Assembly (NCBI GenBank): GCA_963702895.1
Contig: OY969767.1
Span: forward strand, 384,001-448,000
Source: an uncultured Elusimicrobia bacterium
Lineage (GTDB): Bacteria > Elusimicrobiota > Elusimicrobia > 2-01-FULL-59-12
Reading direction: 5' to 3'
Length of the DNA: 64,000 nt
Part shown: in pieces, positions 33,836-42,201 of the stretch
How the letters are laid out: each line of letters starts with the position of its first letter
Numbering within the stretch: the stretch's first letter is position 1
The notes under the pieces: generated by a model
Databases searched by the model: none
Told to the model about the DNA's origin: nothing
What the model saw: only the letters and a program-made list of their open reading frames with translations
Translations under genes and position numbers: made by a program

Positions 33836-34086
33836 AAAGGCCTTCAAAGAAAGAAGGCAAAGAGGGAGCTTTGTTTCTGGCAGAAATTACTTGCGCCCGC
33901 TTTCAGAAAAAGATTCCCGGTTAGTGGCCCAGCTCGAAGGTCATGTTCCTGTCACCTAGCGACCTACCAAAGTGCCTGCACTTTGGAGCCTACGTCCGGG
34001 GATTGTCCCTTCCTTTGATTCAAAAGGTAGGGGACACAGACGGCCGTGGGGGATGACGGCTGGGCGAATTATCACACGATTCGTCC

Positions 34087-35271
34087 TCACCAGAGGCGGC
34101 CTTCGAACTGGACATTGCCGCCATCAAAGCTGCGGGTTGTGCCGAGCTCGTCTAAGTCCCAGGTGGCGCTTAAGACCAGCCGGATGTTCGGCGTGAAATC
34201 AAACCGCAGCGGCGTCCTCAGCTCGCCCTGGGCGGTGCAGTGCCCTCCCGGGTCCCAGGCCACCGCACTGTAGACGCCCAGCGGAATCGACAGGCGCTCT
34301 GTCATCACCCAATCGAATTCAACAAACGAAGGAAGTTGCCAACGATTTTTGCTGTCATGGGGTAGGACGGTGGACGTAAAGGTCGATCGCCGGCGCTCGA
34401 GTCCCAAGCTGGGGCGCAGGCGGTGCCGCTGGAGTGCGATCTCGCGTTCGGCGCGAACGCCGCCCGCCTCCTTCGAGAAATCCTGCCGCCTGATCCCCGT
34501 GCTCAGCTCATCGTCCGAGCGCCGGTGGTTTTCCCAAAAGCCGCGCGCGCTCCACGGGCCGCGCCGGAGGGCGGCCGTGGCGGTCCAGGCGCGGTGGTTG
34601 AATATCTGCCCGTCATCCGGTAATTCCCGCTCGACCGGCGTGTCGAGGTCCCACGCGGCTTCGACAGCCGTCTCGCCGAAGATCCAACCACCCTCCGCGC
34701 GGATTGAATAGAGATCCTGCCGGTCGTAGTCGTTGGCTTTGTTTTTCTCGTTAAAATTGAAATCAACAAACCGCACGGCCAAGAGACCCCGTGCCTTGTC
34801 CGATTCCCAATCCGCGCCGAAACCGATGTCCGCATCCTGTTTATCAGCCGTCGGCTGTCCGAAGAACCGGAAACCCGCTCCCCGGCCCCGCCCCACGCGC
34901 ATGGAAAAGATCTGATCAAAGGAAGACTGTTCCACATCTTCCCACTGAGCAAGACGGTAGCCCCACCACATGCCGGAGGAGACATGGAGGCGGAACTCCG
35001 CCTCGCGGCGGACGAAGAGGTCCTTCGTGTTCAAGCTGCCTTCGGTGGTGCGGATGGCCGCTTGGGGGACGGGCGACATCGGTTCAGGCTCCCAGAAAGG
35101 GCGGAAAGCGAGCAGGTGCAGACCATAGTCCAAGTCGACGCGCGACTCGCTGTTCAAGTCCGCGCGGTCATACTGGTCACTTCCTGTAAAGAGCGCATGC
35201 GCCGGTGCCGCGCTCAGGCTGACGACGACGACGAGTGCGCCTAGGAAGGGATCAAAGGAGCGCCGGATCAT
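34087..35271 (-). CDS. Putative outer-membrane beta-barrel protein
   Basis: Signal peptide (..AHA), amphipathic strands, terminal aromatic residue (VQFEGRLW). Confidence 0.65.
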   Translation of the reverse strand: MIRRSFDPFLGALVVVVSLSAAPAHALFTGSDQYDRADLNSESRVDLDYGLHLLAFRPFWEPEPMSPVPQAAIRTTEGSLNTKDLFVRREAEFRLHVSSGMWWGYRLAQWEDVEQSSFDQIFSMRVGRGRGAGFRFFGQPTADKQDADIGFGADWESDKARGLLAVRFVDFNFNEKNKANDYDRQDLYSIRAEGGWIFGETAVEAAWDLDTPVERELPDDGQIFNHRAWTATAALRRGPWSARGFWENHRRSDDELSTGIRRQDFSKEAGGVRAEREIALQRHRLRPSLGLERRRSTFTSTVLPHDSKNRWQLPSFVEFDWVMTERLSIPLGVYSAVAWDPGGHCTAQGELRTPLRFDFTPNIRLVLSATWDLDELGTTRSFDGGNVQFEGRLW

Positions 35272-35371
35272 GTCCAAGGTAATAATAGTACTTACGGTGA
35301 GACCTTCAGAAGCACAAGCCGAGAATCTTCTGTTGGGCCGGAGCTATCGCCTAAGGTCAATGGACTGATTT

Positions 35372-35484
35372 GTGCCGTCATCCCCCCCGGCCGTAAGGGG
35401 GGGATCCATCATTCCGTTTACGACGGTGATGGACCCCGGCTGACGACCGCCGGGGTGACGACCTAACTGAACTTTTCCGGTTAG
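35372..35484. repeat. CGTC REP doublet with MITE right end
   Basis: GCCGTCATCCCCC...GGGGGATCCATC...GATGGACCCCGG...CCGGGGTGACG followed by TTCCGGTTAG. Confidence 0.75.
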
Positions 35485-35560
35485 TTGGGCGGGCGGCACA
35501 TTTTGCACAGGTTCTTGTCACTCTCTCCGGTCGAATCACTCAAATGCGATAATCCCGGCG

Positions 35561-36793
35561 ATGACCCGTTCAACCAAGCCGTCCAAGAAACACGTGGTGG
35601 TGGTGGGCGGCGGCGCCGCGGGCTTTTTCGCCGCGATCCGTGCGGCTGAGGCGCATCCCGATTGGAACGTCAGCCTGTTAGAACGCACGTCACGGGTGTT
35701 GGCCAAGGTGCTTGTTTCAGGCGGCGGTCGCTGCAACGTGACCCACGCCTGTTTTGATCCCGCGGAGCTCGTCACCCATTACCCTCGCGGCTCGGCCGCC
35801 TTAAGAGGACCGTTCAGCCGTTTCCAGCCGCGCGACACGGTCGAATGGTTTGAGTCGCGCGGCGTCCCTTTAAAAACCGAGCCGGACAACCGGATCTTTC
35901 CCCAGAGCGACCGCTCGCAATCGATCGCGGAATGCCTCGAGAAGGAAGCGGCCCGCTTGGGCGTGGCTGTGCGTACGAATGTGCTCATTCAGACGATCCG
36001 GAAAGAAAAGGACGTCTTCCTGCTCGAATTGGACGCAGCGGCGCCGCTCGTCTGCGATCGCCTGGTGCTCGCGACCGGCTCAAACCCCCTTGGCTGGGTG
36101 TGGGCGAAGGGTCTCGGTCACACGATCGTTCCTCCAGTGCCCTCGCTTTTCACCTTTATGATTCGAGATCCTCGCCTGCAAGATCTGGAAGGACTCTCTG
36201 TTTCGCGCGCGACGGTCGCCCTTGAAGGGACCTCTTTCAAGCAAACCGGTGACGTGCTCATCACCCATTGGGGACTCTCCGGCCCGGCCATCCTTAAACT
36301 CTCGGCGTGGGGCGCGCGCTCTCTCCATGAGAGGGCCTATCACGCGGCAGTCCGCATCAACTGGATGAGCGAGCGAGAAGAGCCGGTGCTTGAGCGTCTG
36401 ATCGCTCGGCGTGAGGGGAAATCCCGGAACTTGCTGGCGGTGGACAATTTCAAAGAGATCCCGCGGCGTCTGTGGTCGCGCCTCGCCGACGCCGCGGGGG
36501 TTCCTTACGCCTCACGCTGGGCACAGGTCGGCAATGACCACCTCAGAGCTCTGGCGCGGCAACTCACGCAGTCGACCTTCGAGATCACGGGACGCGGGGT
36601 ATATAAGGAAGAGTTTGTGACCGCGGGCGGCGTGGATCTGGATGAGGTTGATTTTCGCACCCTCGAGAGTAAGTGCTGCCCGGGGCTTTTCTTCGCTGGC
36701 GAGATCTTAGACATCGACGCGGAAACGGGCGGCTTTAACTTCCAAAACGCCTGGACCACCGGCTGGATCGCCGGACAATCACTCGGATCTTGA
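35561..36793 (+). CDS. HI0933/YhiN/BaiN-family flavoprotein
   Basis: GGGAAG, SGGGRCNVT, THWGLSGPAIL, VTAGGV, TGGFNFQNAW. Confidence 0.93.
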   Translation: MTRSTKPSKKHVVVVGGGAAGFFAAIRAAEAHPDWNVSLLERTSRVLAKVLVSGGGRCNVTHACFDPAELVTHYPRGSAALRGPFSRFQPRDTVEWFESRGVPLKTEPDNRIFPQSDRSQSIAECLEKEAARLGVAVRTNVLIQTIRKEKDVFLLELDAAAPLVCDRLVLATGSNPLGWVWAKGLGHTIVPPVPSLFTFMIRDPRLQDLEGLSVSRATVALEGTSFKQTGDVLITHWGLSGPAILKLSAWGARSLHERAYHAAVRINWMSEREEPVLERLIARREGKSRNLLAVDNFKEIPRRLWSRLADAAGVPYASRWAQVGNDHLRALARQLTQSTFEITGRGVYKEEFVTAGGVDLDEVDFRTLESKCCPGLFFAGEILDIDAETGGFNFQNAWTTGWIAGQSLGS

Positions 36794-36812
36794 TGCTCGC
36801 TCCCCTGGTTGC

Positions 36813-36980
36813 TCAGCAGTAGGGAGGCTTGGGTAGGGGGCTGGCGGGTGACCGAGGCGGTTCGAGGAGCCTGGGCGGAAAGAGGAAGACTTTTGGCGCT
36901 TCCTTCACGCGGATTGTCTTGATTTCTAGAGGCTTTGTGCTGTTTTTCTTGGGCAGTCTCTTTCTTCTATTTCTGCTCAT
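36813..36980 (-). CDS. Possible 55-aa basic, Pro-rich peptide downstream of the TA pair
   Basis: Hand-translated MSRNRRKRLPKK...PKPPYC; GAGGGA upstream; no recognisable motif. Confidence 0.25.
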   Translation of the reverse strand: MSRNRRKRLPKKNSTKPLEIKTIRVKEAPKVFLFPPRLLEPPRSPASPLPKPPYC

Positions 36981-36994
36981 CTAAATTGCTTCCC

Positions 36995-37249
36995 TCAGGT
37001 TGGATGGGGACGGCTTTGCTGGGACATCAGGCGGTCGTGGATCCACATCTTGATAATGGCTTGGCGAGAGACATTCAGCTTGGTCGCCTCACGGTCCAGG
37101 CGCTTGATCATCCAGGCGGGAAAATCGACGTTGACGCGATCGACCACCACCGCGCTCTTGAAGTCGAGGTAGGGGGAGATGTCTTTGCCTTCGTCGAACA
37201 GGCGATCAAATGCTTCCGCGCTAATGGGCTTTACTTTTTTTCTCTTCAT
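36995..37249 (-). CDS. CopG/RHH antitoxin (BrnA-like)
   Basis: FDRLFDEGKDI...RVNVDFPAWM..LDREA..LNVSRQAIIKMWI; overlaps the toxin gene. Confidence 0.88.
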   Translation of the reverse strand: MKRKKVKPISAEAFDRLFDEGKDISPYLDFKSAVVVDRVNVDFPAWMIKRLDREATKLNVSRQAIIKMWIHDRLMSQQSRPHPT

Positions 37250-37520
37250 TCAGGATCCTTTCATAACGTTCTTGCAGAGTCCGATCGGCCCTGTGGCAAC
37301 TGATCACGCGAATCGTCGATGAGCGCATAACAAAGATGGCGATGTAGACCTCGCCATCGAGCGTTCCCAGGATCGCCTGGCGCTCTTCTGAGCCGACCGT
37401 CTTGGCCTTAACAAGAAGATGCCTGGTGCGCCACAGCTCCTGCGCTTTTTCAAAATCCAGGCCATGCTTGTCCAGGTTTTGCTGGCTCTTTTCTGGGTCG
37501 TATTCGAAGCGAAGACGCAT
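37221..37520 (-). CDS. brnT: BrnT-family toxin
   Basis: FEYDPEKSQQNLDKHGLDF...EER...IRVIS. Confidence 0.88.
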   Translation of the reverse strand: MRLRFEYDPEKSQQNLDKHGLDFEKAQELWRTRHLLVKAKTVGSEERQAILGTLDGEVYIAIFVMRSSTIRVISCHRADRTLQERYERILNEEKKSKAH

Positions 37521-37524
37521 AAGG

Positions 37525-37553
37525 AGTATAACCGTTATACCTCATTAGTTCAA
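37525..37553 (-). promoter_or_regulatory. TA promoter with palindromic operator
   Basis: TTGAAC-17-TATACT on the minus strand; perfect palindrome GTATAAC-C-GTTATAC (37526-37540) overlaps the -10. Confidence 0.75.
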
Positions 37554-37737
37554 GCGGCCCATGGGCTCTGCAGGGGCCCCTATCTCTTAGATGCACAAAA
37601 CCGGGGAATATTCATTTTTGTGACGGAAGAAGGACGTGGGAGGAGACAGGGGGAAAGGGGATCGGAAGGAGGGGAAAGTCCTACGTCCTAGGGACAGACC
37701 CAGGGACTATCCCTAAGTGAGGGACACCCTTTGTGTC

Positions 37738-38169
37738 CTACACCTCAAAGCCGAGGCGGTCCAGGCCGTGCTCTTCGAATTCCTTCGTGTAGGCTTTGGC
37801 GAGAGCGCTGGCCGCGCGCTTGCGCGCTTCGGGACGCATGCCGCCCAACGCGCGCGCGCCGTGGCGCTCGAGCAAATCGCGCTCCGTCAGGCGCGCGGTG
37901 AGTTCTTCCCAGAACGTTTTATCGTCGTATTGGTCGATGAGCGCGTGCGCTTCCGCCTGAAAGGTTTCGGAAGGGGCCCACCCGAGTTCCGCTTTGTCCA
38001 AGGTGACGAGGGTTTCCAGCGCGGTTCCTTGGGCAAAGGCATAGACCTTCTCGGCCAGGTCTTCGAAGGCGGGGTCCGGATCCTTGCGGATGGCGTTCGC
38101 CATCCACTCGCCGAGAAAGGCGAACATCATGAGTCGGCGATACTCTTCTTCGGTAAAGGTGATATTCAT
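37738..38169 (-). CDS. Hypothetical protein
   Basis: 143-aa ORF with GAGGAG RBS; ends in EFEEHGLDRL. Confidence 0.7.
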   Translation of the reverse strand: MNITFTEEEYRRLMMFAFLGEWMANAIRKDPDPAFEDLAEKVYAFAQGTALETLVTLDKAELGWAPSETFQAEAHALIDQYDDKTFWEELTARLTERDLLERHGARALGGMRPEARKRAASALAKAYTKEFEEHGLDRLGFEV

Positions 38170-38196
38170 GGGAGAACTCCTCGTTCGGCCAGAGAC

Positions 38197-38358
38197 TTAG
38201 CCGTCGTGCTTGGCAACGAACTTCTTGATGTCCTCGATGTGGGCCAGGATCAGTTTCGCCTTCTTGACGCCAAACTGGAAGGGGAACTTGTCTTCAGGTG
38301 TGGATTTGATCACGATCATGGGGTTGCCTTTGTACTCGGACTCGGACACTTCGGACAT
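38197..38358 (-). CDS. Small hypothetical protein (53 aa)
   Basis: MSEVSESEYKGNPMIVI...FPFQFGVKKAKLILAHIEDIKKFV; AAGGAGG RBS. Confidence 0.75.
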   Translation of the reverse strand: MSEVSESEYKGNPMIVIKSTPEDKFPFQFGVKKAKLILAHIEDIKKFVAKHDG

Positions 38359-38437
38359 GGAAGGCCTCCTTGGAGAAAATGGTGGTCGCGCCGGCATTGT
38401 AACAACATGCAGGTCCTGGAATCTGTATAGTGTGACC

Positions 38438-39145
38438 ATGAACGCTTCGGTCCGAACTTGTCGTGTGGTGCTGGTCCGGCCGCGCAACCCCGGCAATATG
38501 GGGGCCTGCGCCCGCGCGATGGGGAACTTTGGCTTGAAGGACCTGGTCGTGGTGGATCCGTTCCTGCCGATCTGGCAGGAAACGCGCTCCGCTCCGGACG
38601 CCGAGACACTCGTCCAGAAGGCCCGCAAAACCGCGACTCTCGCTCAGGCGCTCAAGGGCTGTTCCCGCGTTCTGGGGACGAGTTCCTTGGCCCACCGGCG
38701 ACTCGAACATGCCGTGGTGAGCCTGCCTCAGCTCGCCGAATACCTCTCGACCGTGAAGCCTGCCGAACGTGTGGCGCTCGTCTTTGGATCGGAACGGAGC
38801 GGCCTGAGCAACGAGGAGTTGAGCGCATGCGAAGCGGTGATTCAGATTCCCATGGCGCTCCCGGGGGTTTCGATGAACCTCGCGCAGGCGGTGGCCGTCA
38901 TTCTCTACGAGTGGAACCGTTCGGCCACCGGGACGATGACTCAGGAGGACGCTTGCGCGAGTGAAAAGAACGCTGTGGTTGCGGAATGGATCCGTCTCGC
39001 CGGAGCCGTGGGTTATCCTCCCGGCTACACCGCCGCGGCGCGCGCCGGCCGCATCCGCAAAGCCATGCACGGCGTCCGGATGCGGCCGGACACCGCCCTC
39101 TTCTTAAAAAGCTTTTCCCGCTGGCTCCTTAAGAAATCCAACTAA
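38438..39145 (+). CDS. trmJ: TrmJ/LasT-family SPOUT RNA methyltransferase
   Basis: PRNPGNMGACARAMGNFG, FGSERSGL, SMNLAQAV. Confidence 0.88.
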   Translation: MNASVRTCRVVLVRPRNPGNMGACARAMGNFGLKDLVVVDPFLPIWQETRSAPDAETLVQKARKTATLAQALKGCSRVLGTSSLAHRRLEHAVVSLPQLAEYLSTVKPAERVALVFGSERSGLSNEELSACEAVIQIPMALPGVSMNLAQAVAVILYEWNRSATGTMTQEDACASEKNAVVAEWIRLAGAVGYPPGYTAAARAGRIRKAMHGVRMRPDTALFLKSFSRWLLKKSN

Positions 39146-39344
39146 CCATGTGGGTGCCCCTCAGTTGGATCTAAAAGTTGGAGTCAGGTAATATCTCCGC
39201 GTCGCATACACTTGATGCTATTACCAACAAATTTAACCCTTCGTCGCTTGAGTAGGGGAGTCTTGATTGCGCTCGCGGCCCTGGTCGCTGCCAAGCCGGT
39301 GCGCGCGCAGGATGCCTATATCGCTCCGGAGAAGGGAGCATTCA

Positions 39345-40472
39345 TCAAGGACGGATCCAGGCGCTGCCGAATTGGACATACACCGCTGGACCGTCCGGGC
39401 CAAGGGCGGCATCAACGCCCATGTGCAAGCCGTACTTCCGCGCGAGCTCATAGCGGAACCCTCCTCCGGCGGCGACCGCCGTGACTTTGTTGTCCAAGCG
39501 CTCAAAGTTGTTCCATGCCGCCCCAGCGCCGCCAAAGGCCACCAAGCTCCAGCGCTTCCAGAACTGCCAGCGAAGCTCAAACTCCCCTTGCGCCGCCTCT
39601 TCGCCCTGATAACGCATGACCGGCACGCCCCGCAGGGTGATGAACGGCAACAGGTAGAACGGAGTGTCCCCGAAGCCGAAAGAGCCGCCGGCATTGATGC
39701 CAAGCGTCCAATCCTGGCTCAACGGGACGTATTGGATAAGGAGGGGTCCAGCGCGCTGGAACTGATCGTCGCTCCCGAGGGCTGGGCTCATGATCGCACC
39801 CGAAAAGTCGGCGAAAGTGCCGCTTCGGGGCGTAAAAAGATTGTCACGTGAGTCGTAGGTGGCCGACATTGTCATCGCGCCGACGTTCGACACTTCATTC
39901 CGCATGGGCCGACGGACATCGGAGTCCGTGGTGTCGATGGTGACTGCTGTTGAGGCATAGGCGTAACCCAGCCCGAGCAAGAATCCGGATTGTCCCAGCC
40001 GGTACTTGGTGTGCAGGACGGCTCCCGTCGGTTCGAGGTTGTAGCGGATCGGACGGTCCCTCAAGCGGCTGTCCTGGCCGACGCCATAGAAATCGAGATT
40101 GACCGAGGCGTAGAGCGCACCCGCAAGCGTCTGGAGCCGATCCTTCATCCAATACCGGGAATCCATCGCGAAGCCGCCCCACGTGCCGTTCTCGGTCCCG
40201 AGACCTCCCACCGCCGTGAGGTTCGGGCGGCCGAATCCGGGGTTGGGATTGTCTTTCTTTTTGTCGACGAAGATCAGGCCACCGGCTGCGCCATAGCCAA
40301 CCGCCGGCTCCGTGATCGGAGCCGCGATCGGTACAAAGCCGTAGGCCTCATCGAGAAAATCGCTCACATCCAGCCAGCCGTCTTCGCCCCGCATTTTCGT
40401 GTCATTCGCCGAGCCGAAAGCAGCGGCTGCCGTGGAGAGACTCAATAGAACGATGAGTAAGGAGCGTTTCAT
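39345..40472 (-). CDS. Omp85/BamA-TamA-like barrel protein without POTRA domains
   Basis: Signal peptide; YDSRDNLFTP, LRG..RY, YVQFGSAW. Confidence 0.8.
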   Translation of the reverse strand: MKRSLLIVLLSLSTAAAAFGSANDTKMRGEDGWLDVSDFLDEAYGFVPIAAPITEPAVGYGAAGGLIFVDKKKDNPNPGFGRPNLTAVGGLGTENGTWGGFAMDSRYWMKDRLQTLAGALYASVNLDFYGVGQDSRLRDRPIRYNLEPTGAVLHTKYRLGQSGFLLGLGYAYASTAVTIDTTDSDVRRPMRNEVSNVGAMTMSATYDSRDNLFTPRSGTFADFSGAIMSPALGSDDQFQRAGPLLIQYVPLSQDWTLGINAGGSFGFGDTPFYLLPFITLRGVPVMRYQGEEAAQGEFELRWQFWKRWSLVAFGGAGAAWNNFERLDNKVTAVAAGGGFRYELARKYGLHMGVDAALGPDGPAVYVQFGSAWIRP

Positions 40473-40500
40473 TTTCCGGCTGACAAACTCCGTTATAGCA

Positions 40501-40702
40501 CTAACCGGAAATCTTCGGTTCATTTTTCCTCATTGTCTGAACTCGATGCACTTTTTTGTGCCGTCACCCCGGCGAAAGCCGGCCCTCCAGACGCCCGGCG
40601 GGCCGGGTCGCCGGACTTGTGGAGACCCGGGGTCCAGTTCAACGACGATGGACTGGATCCCGGTTTTCACCGGGATGACGACAACTGCAGATTCCCGGCT
40701 AA
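40501..40702 (+). mobile_element. REP-carrying MITE, intact, with CTAA duplication
   Basis: CTAA-CCGGAAATCT...AGATTCCCGG-CTAA; near-identical inverted copy at 56094-56295. Confidence 0.85.
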
Positions 40703-40800
40703 ACCCTATTCTGGGCGCCTCTTCAGCGCTCCACTGAGAAAGAGGAGCGGAAATTCTGATATGCTAACACCGCTTCATTCAACACACCGCGGGGTTCTTA

Positions 40801-41418
40801 ATGCAGGATCCTTTCAAGAAGATTCAGCAACAACTCGGGCCACCAAAGTGGTTCTTTTCCAATGAATTACATGAGAAGGAGTGGCCCGCGTTTTTGGCCC
40901 GCCCGGGATTGCGGCGTTCCATCTTTGGGGCGACTACTCTTCTCACGATACTTCTCGATTATGGGACAGGTCCTACCATCCGATTCCCCGCCGCCTACGC
41001 TCTTCCAATTCTGATAGCGGCGTGGTATGAAGGCTTCTGGCCGGGGGTCCTGACCGGGGGAAGCATGATCGCGGCACGTCTTGGAATGGAGCGCTATCTC
41101 TGGACGGTCGTCCCTTGGGGACTGGCGGATTCGCTGGTCAACGCGCTCTCCGCGTATGCCCTGATCATCTTGCTGGTCTGGTTTACCGCGCTTGCTGGGC
41201 GGCTTAGTCGAGAGGTCCAGCTGCTTGGAGGGTTACTGCCGGTTTGCGTCACCTGCCACCGGTTTCATGATGACCATGGTGAGTGGCGGGAATTTGAAGA
41301 GTACATTATGGAGCGCTCTCAAGCCATGGTCAGGCACACCCTTTGTCCGAAATGCGAAAAGAGCACGCGCAGCAAGGAACATGTCAGGGAAAGTGTCAGT
41401 CCTCCATCACGAAGCTAG
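40801..41418 (+). CDS. Membrane protein with C-terminal Zn-ribbon-like domain
   Basis: About four TM helices, then GLLPVCVTC...W..FEEYI...HTLCPKC. Confidence 0.75.
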   Translation: MQDPFKKIQQQLGPPKWFFSNELHEKEWPAFLARPGLRRSIFGATTLLTILLDYGTGPTIRFPAAYALPILIAAWYEGFWPGVLTGGSMIAARLGMERYLWTVVPWGLADSLVNALSAYALIILLVWFTALAGRLSREVQLLGGLLPVCVTCHRFHDDHGEWREFEEYIMERSQAMVRHTLCPKCEKSTRSKEHVRESVSPPSRS

Positions 41419-41522
41419 CCATGCCAGAGCAAAACGGTCTCCATGATCGAAGTGTTCTTGCTGCGGCACCAAACCCCCAATAGATTTCTTCCTTGTGTCT
41501 GGAGACTGTGTGATTTGGATGT

Positions 41523-42146
41523 TTAGCGGCGTGCTGTGTTGAAGAGCGTTTTGACGAACGTGCGGACTTGGGGAACCGGGTCGCCGCCCCACGCGATTTC
41601 GGTCTTCGAATGCGCGGACCAAACCTCCTTGCCGCTGGTCAAATCGAAGACCCGTGTTTCGACAGAAGCGGTCTGCTCGCGGACGTAGGAGGAGGGCTGG
41701 TACACCGCCGCATAACTGTAGCTGTAGTAATTGGCGTAGCCATAGCCCGTACCCACGGTGCTGGGCATGTTGATTTTGGCGGAGTATTCTTTCTCGACCA
41801 CCTTCATGTCCACAAGCCGCGAAATGATCACCGTGTCAAAGCCGTAGTCCAGGATGAGTTTCTTCCAGGCATCAGACTCCAGCTTGGTGTCGCGGGGAAC
41901 AAGCGTGTAGGAAGCGACCGCCTCCCGGCCGCGGCTCGTCAATTGCCGTACGAACTCATCCTCGAGCATTTTCTGGCCCCGGTCGGTCTTGACGAGTGCG
42001 ACAACGAAGACACGCCGCATGGCGCGGGAATCGTAGGTGGGATCCTTCGTCACGGCGCCGAGTTGAGTGGCCCTGCAGGCTGTGAGGCTTGAGAGCGCAA
42101 ACACGATCCCGGCCAGCGACAGAGCCTTCTGTGAGAGAGAGTTCAT
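41523..42146 (-). CDS. Hypothetical lipoprotein (DUF4136-like)
   Basis: Lipobox LTAC; Tyr-rich loop; VETRVFDL...VWSA. Confidence 0.7.
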   Translation of the reverse strand: MNSLSQKALSLAGIVFALSSLTACRATQLGAVTKDPTYDSRAMRRVFVVALVKTDRGQKMLEDEFVRQLTSRGREAVASYTLVPRDTKLESDAWKKLILDYGFDTVIISRLVDMKVVEKEYSAKINMPSTVGTGYGYANYYSYSYAAVYQPSSYVREQTASVETRVFDLTSGKEVWSAHSKTEIAWGGDPVPQVRTFVKTLFNTARR

Positions 42147-42201
42147 CAAGGGGTCTTCCTGTTCTGATTGCCTGAGCAATCTCGCGACGGACATCGCGCT
42201 C

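Larger units (their letters stand above)
32568..33910 (+). mobile_element. IS110-family element, IS1111 type
   Basis: Sub-terminal 11-bp IRs TGAAAGCGGGC (32576-32586) and GCCCGCTTTCA (33895-33905); long structured 3' non-coding end; removing it restores the MITE end. Ends are uncertain by about 1 nt. Confidence 0.88.
32414..33924. mobile_element. REP-carrying MITE copy interrupted by an IS1111-type element
   Basis: Left end TGAGCCGGGAAAGTTC, REP doublet 32476-32559, right end AGATTCCCGGTTAG displaced to 33911-33924. Confidence 0.7.

Noticed and set aside
39212..39484. ORF with a signal-peptide-like start (..PVRAQD)
   Set aside because: It runs antisense into the Omp85-like gene after about 45 codons; at most a gene fragment.
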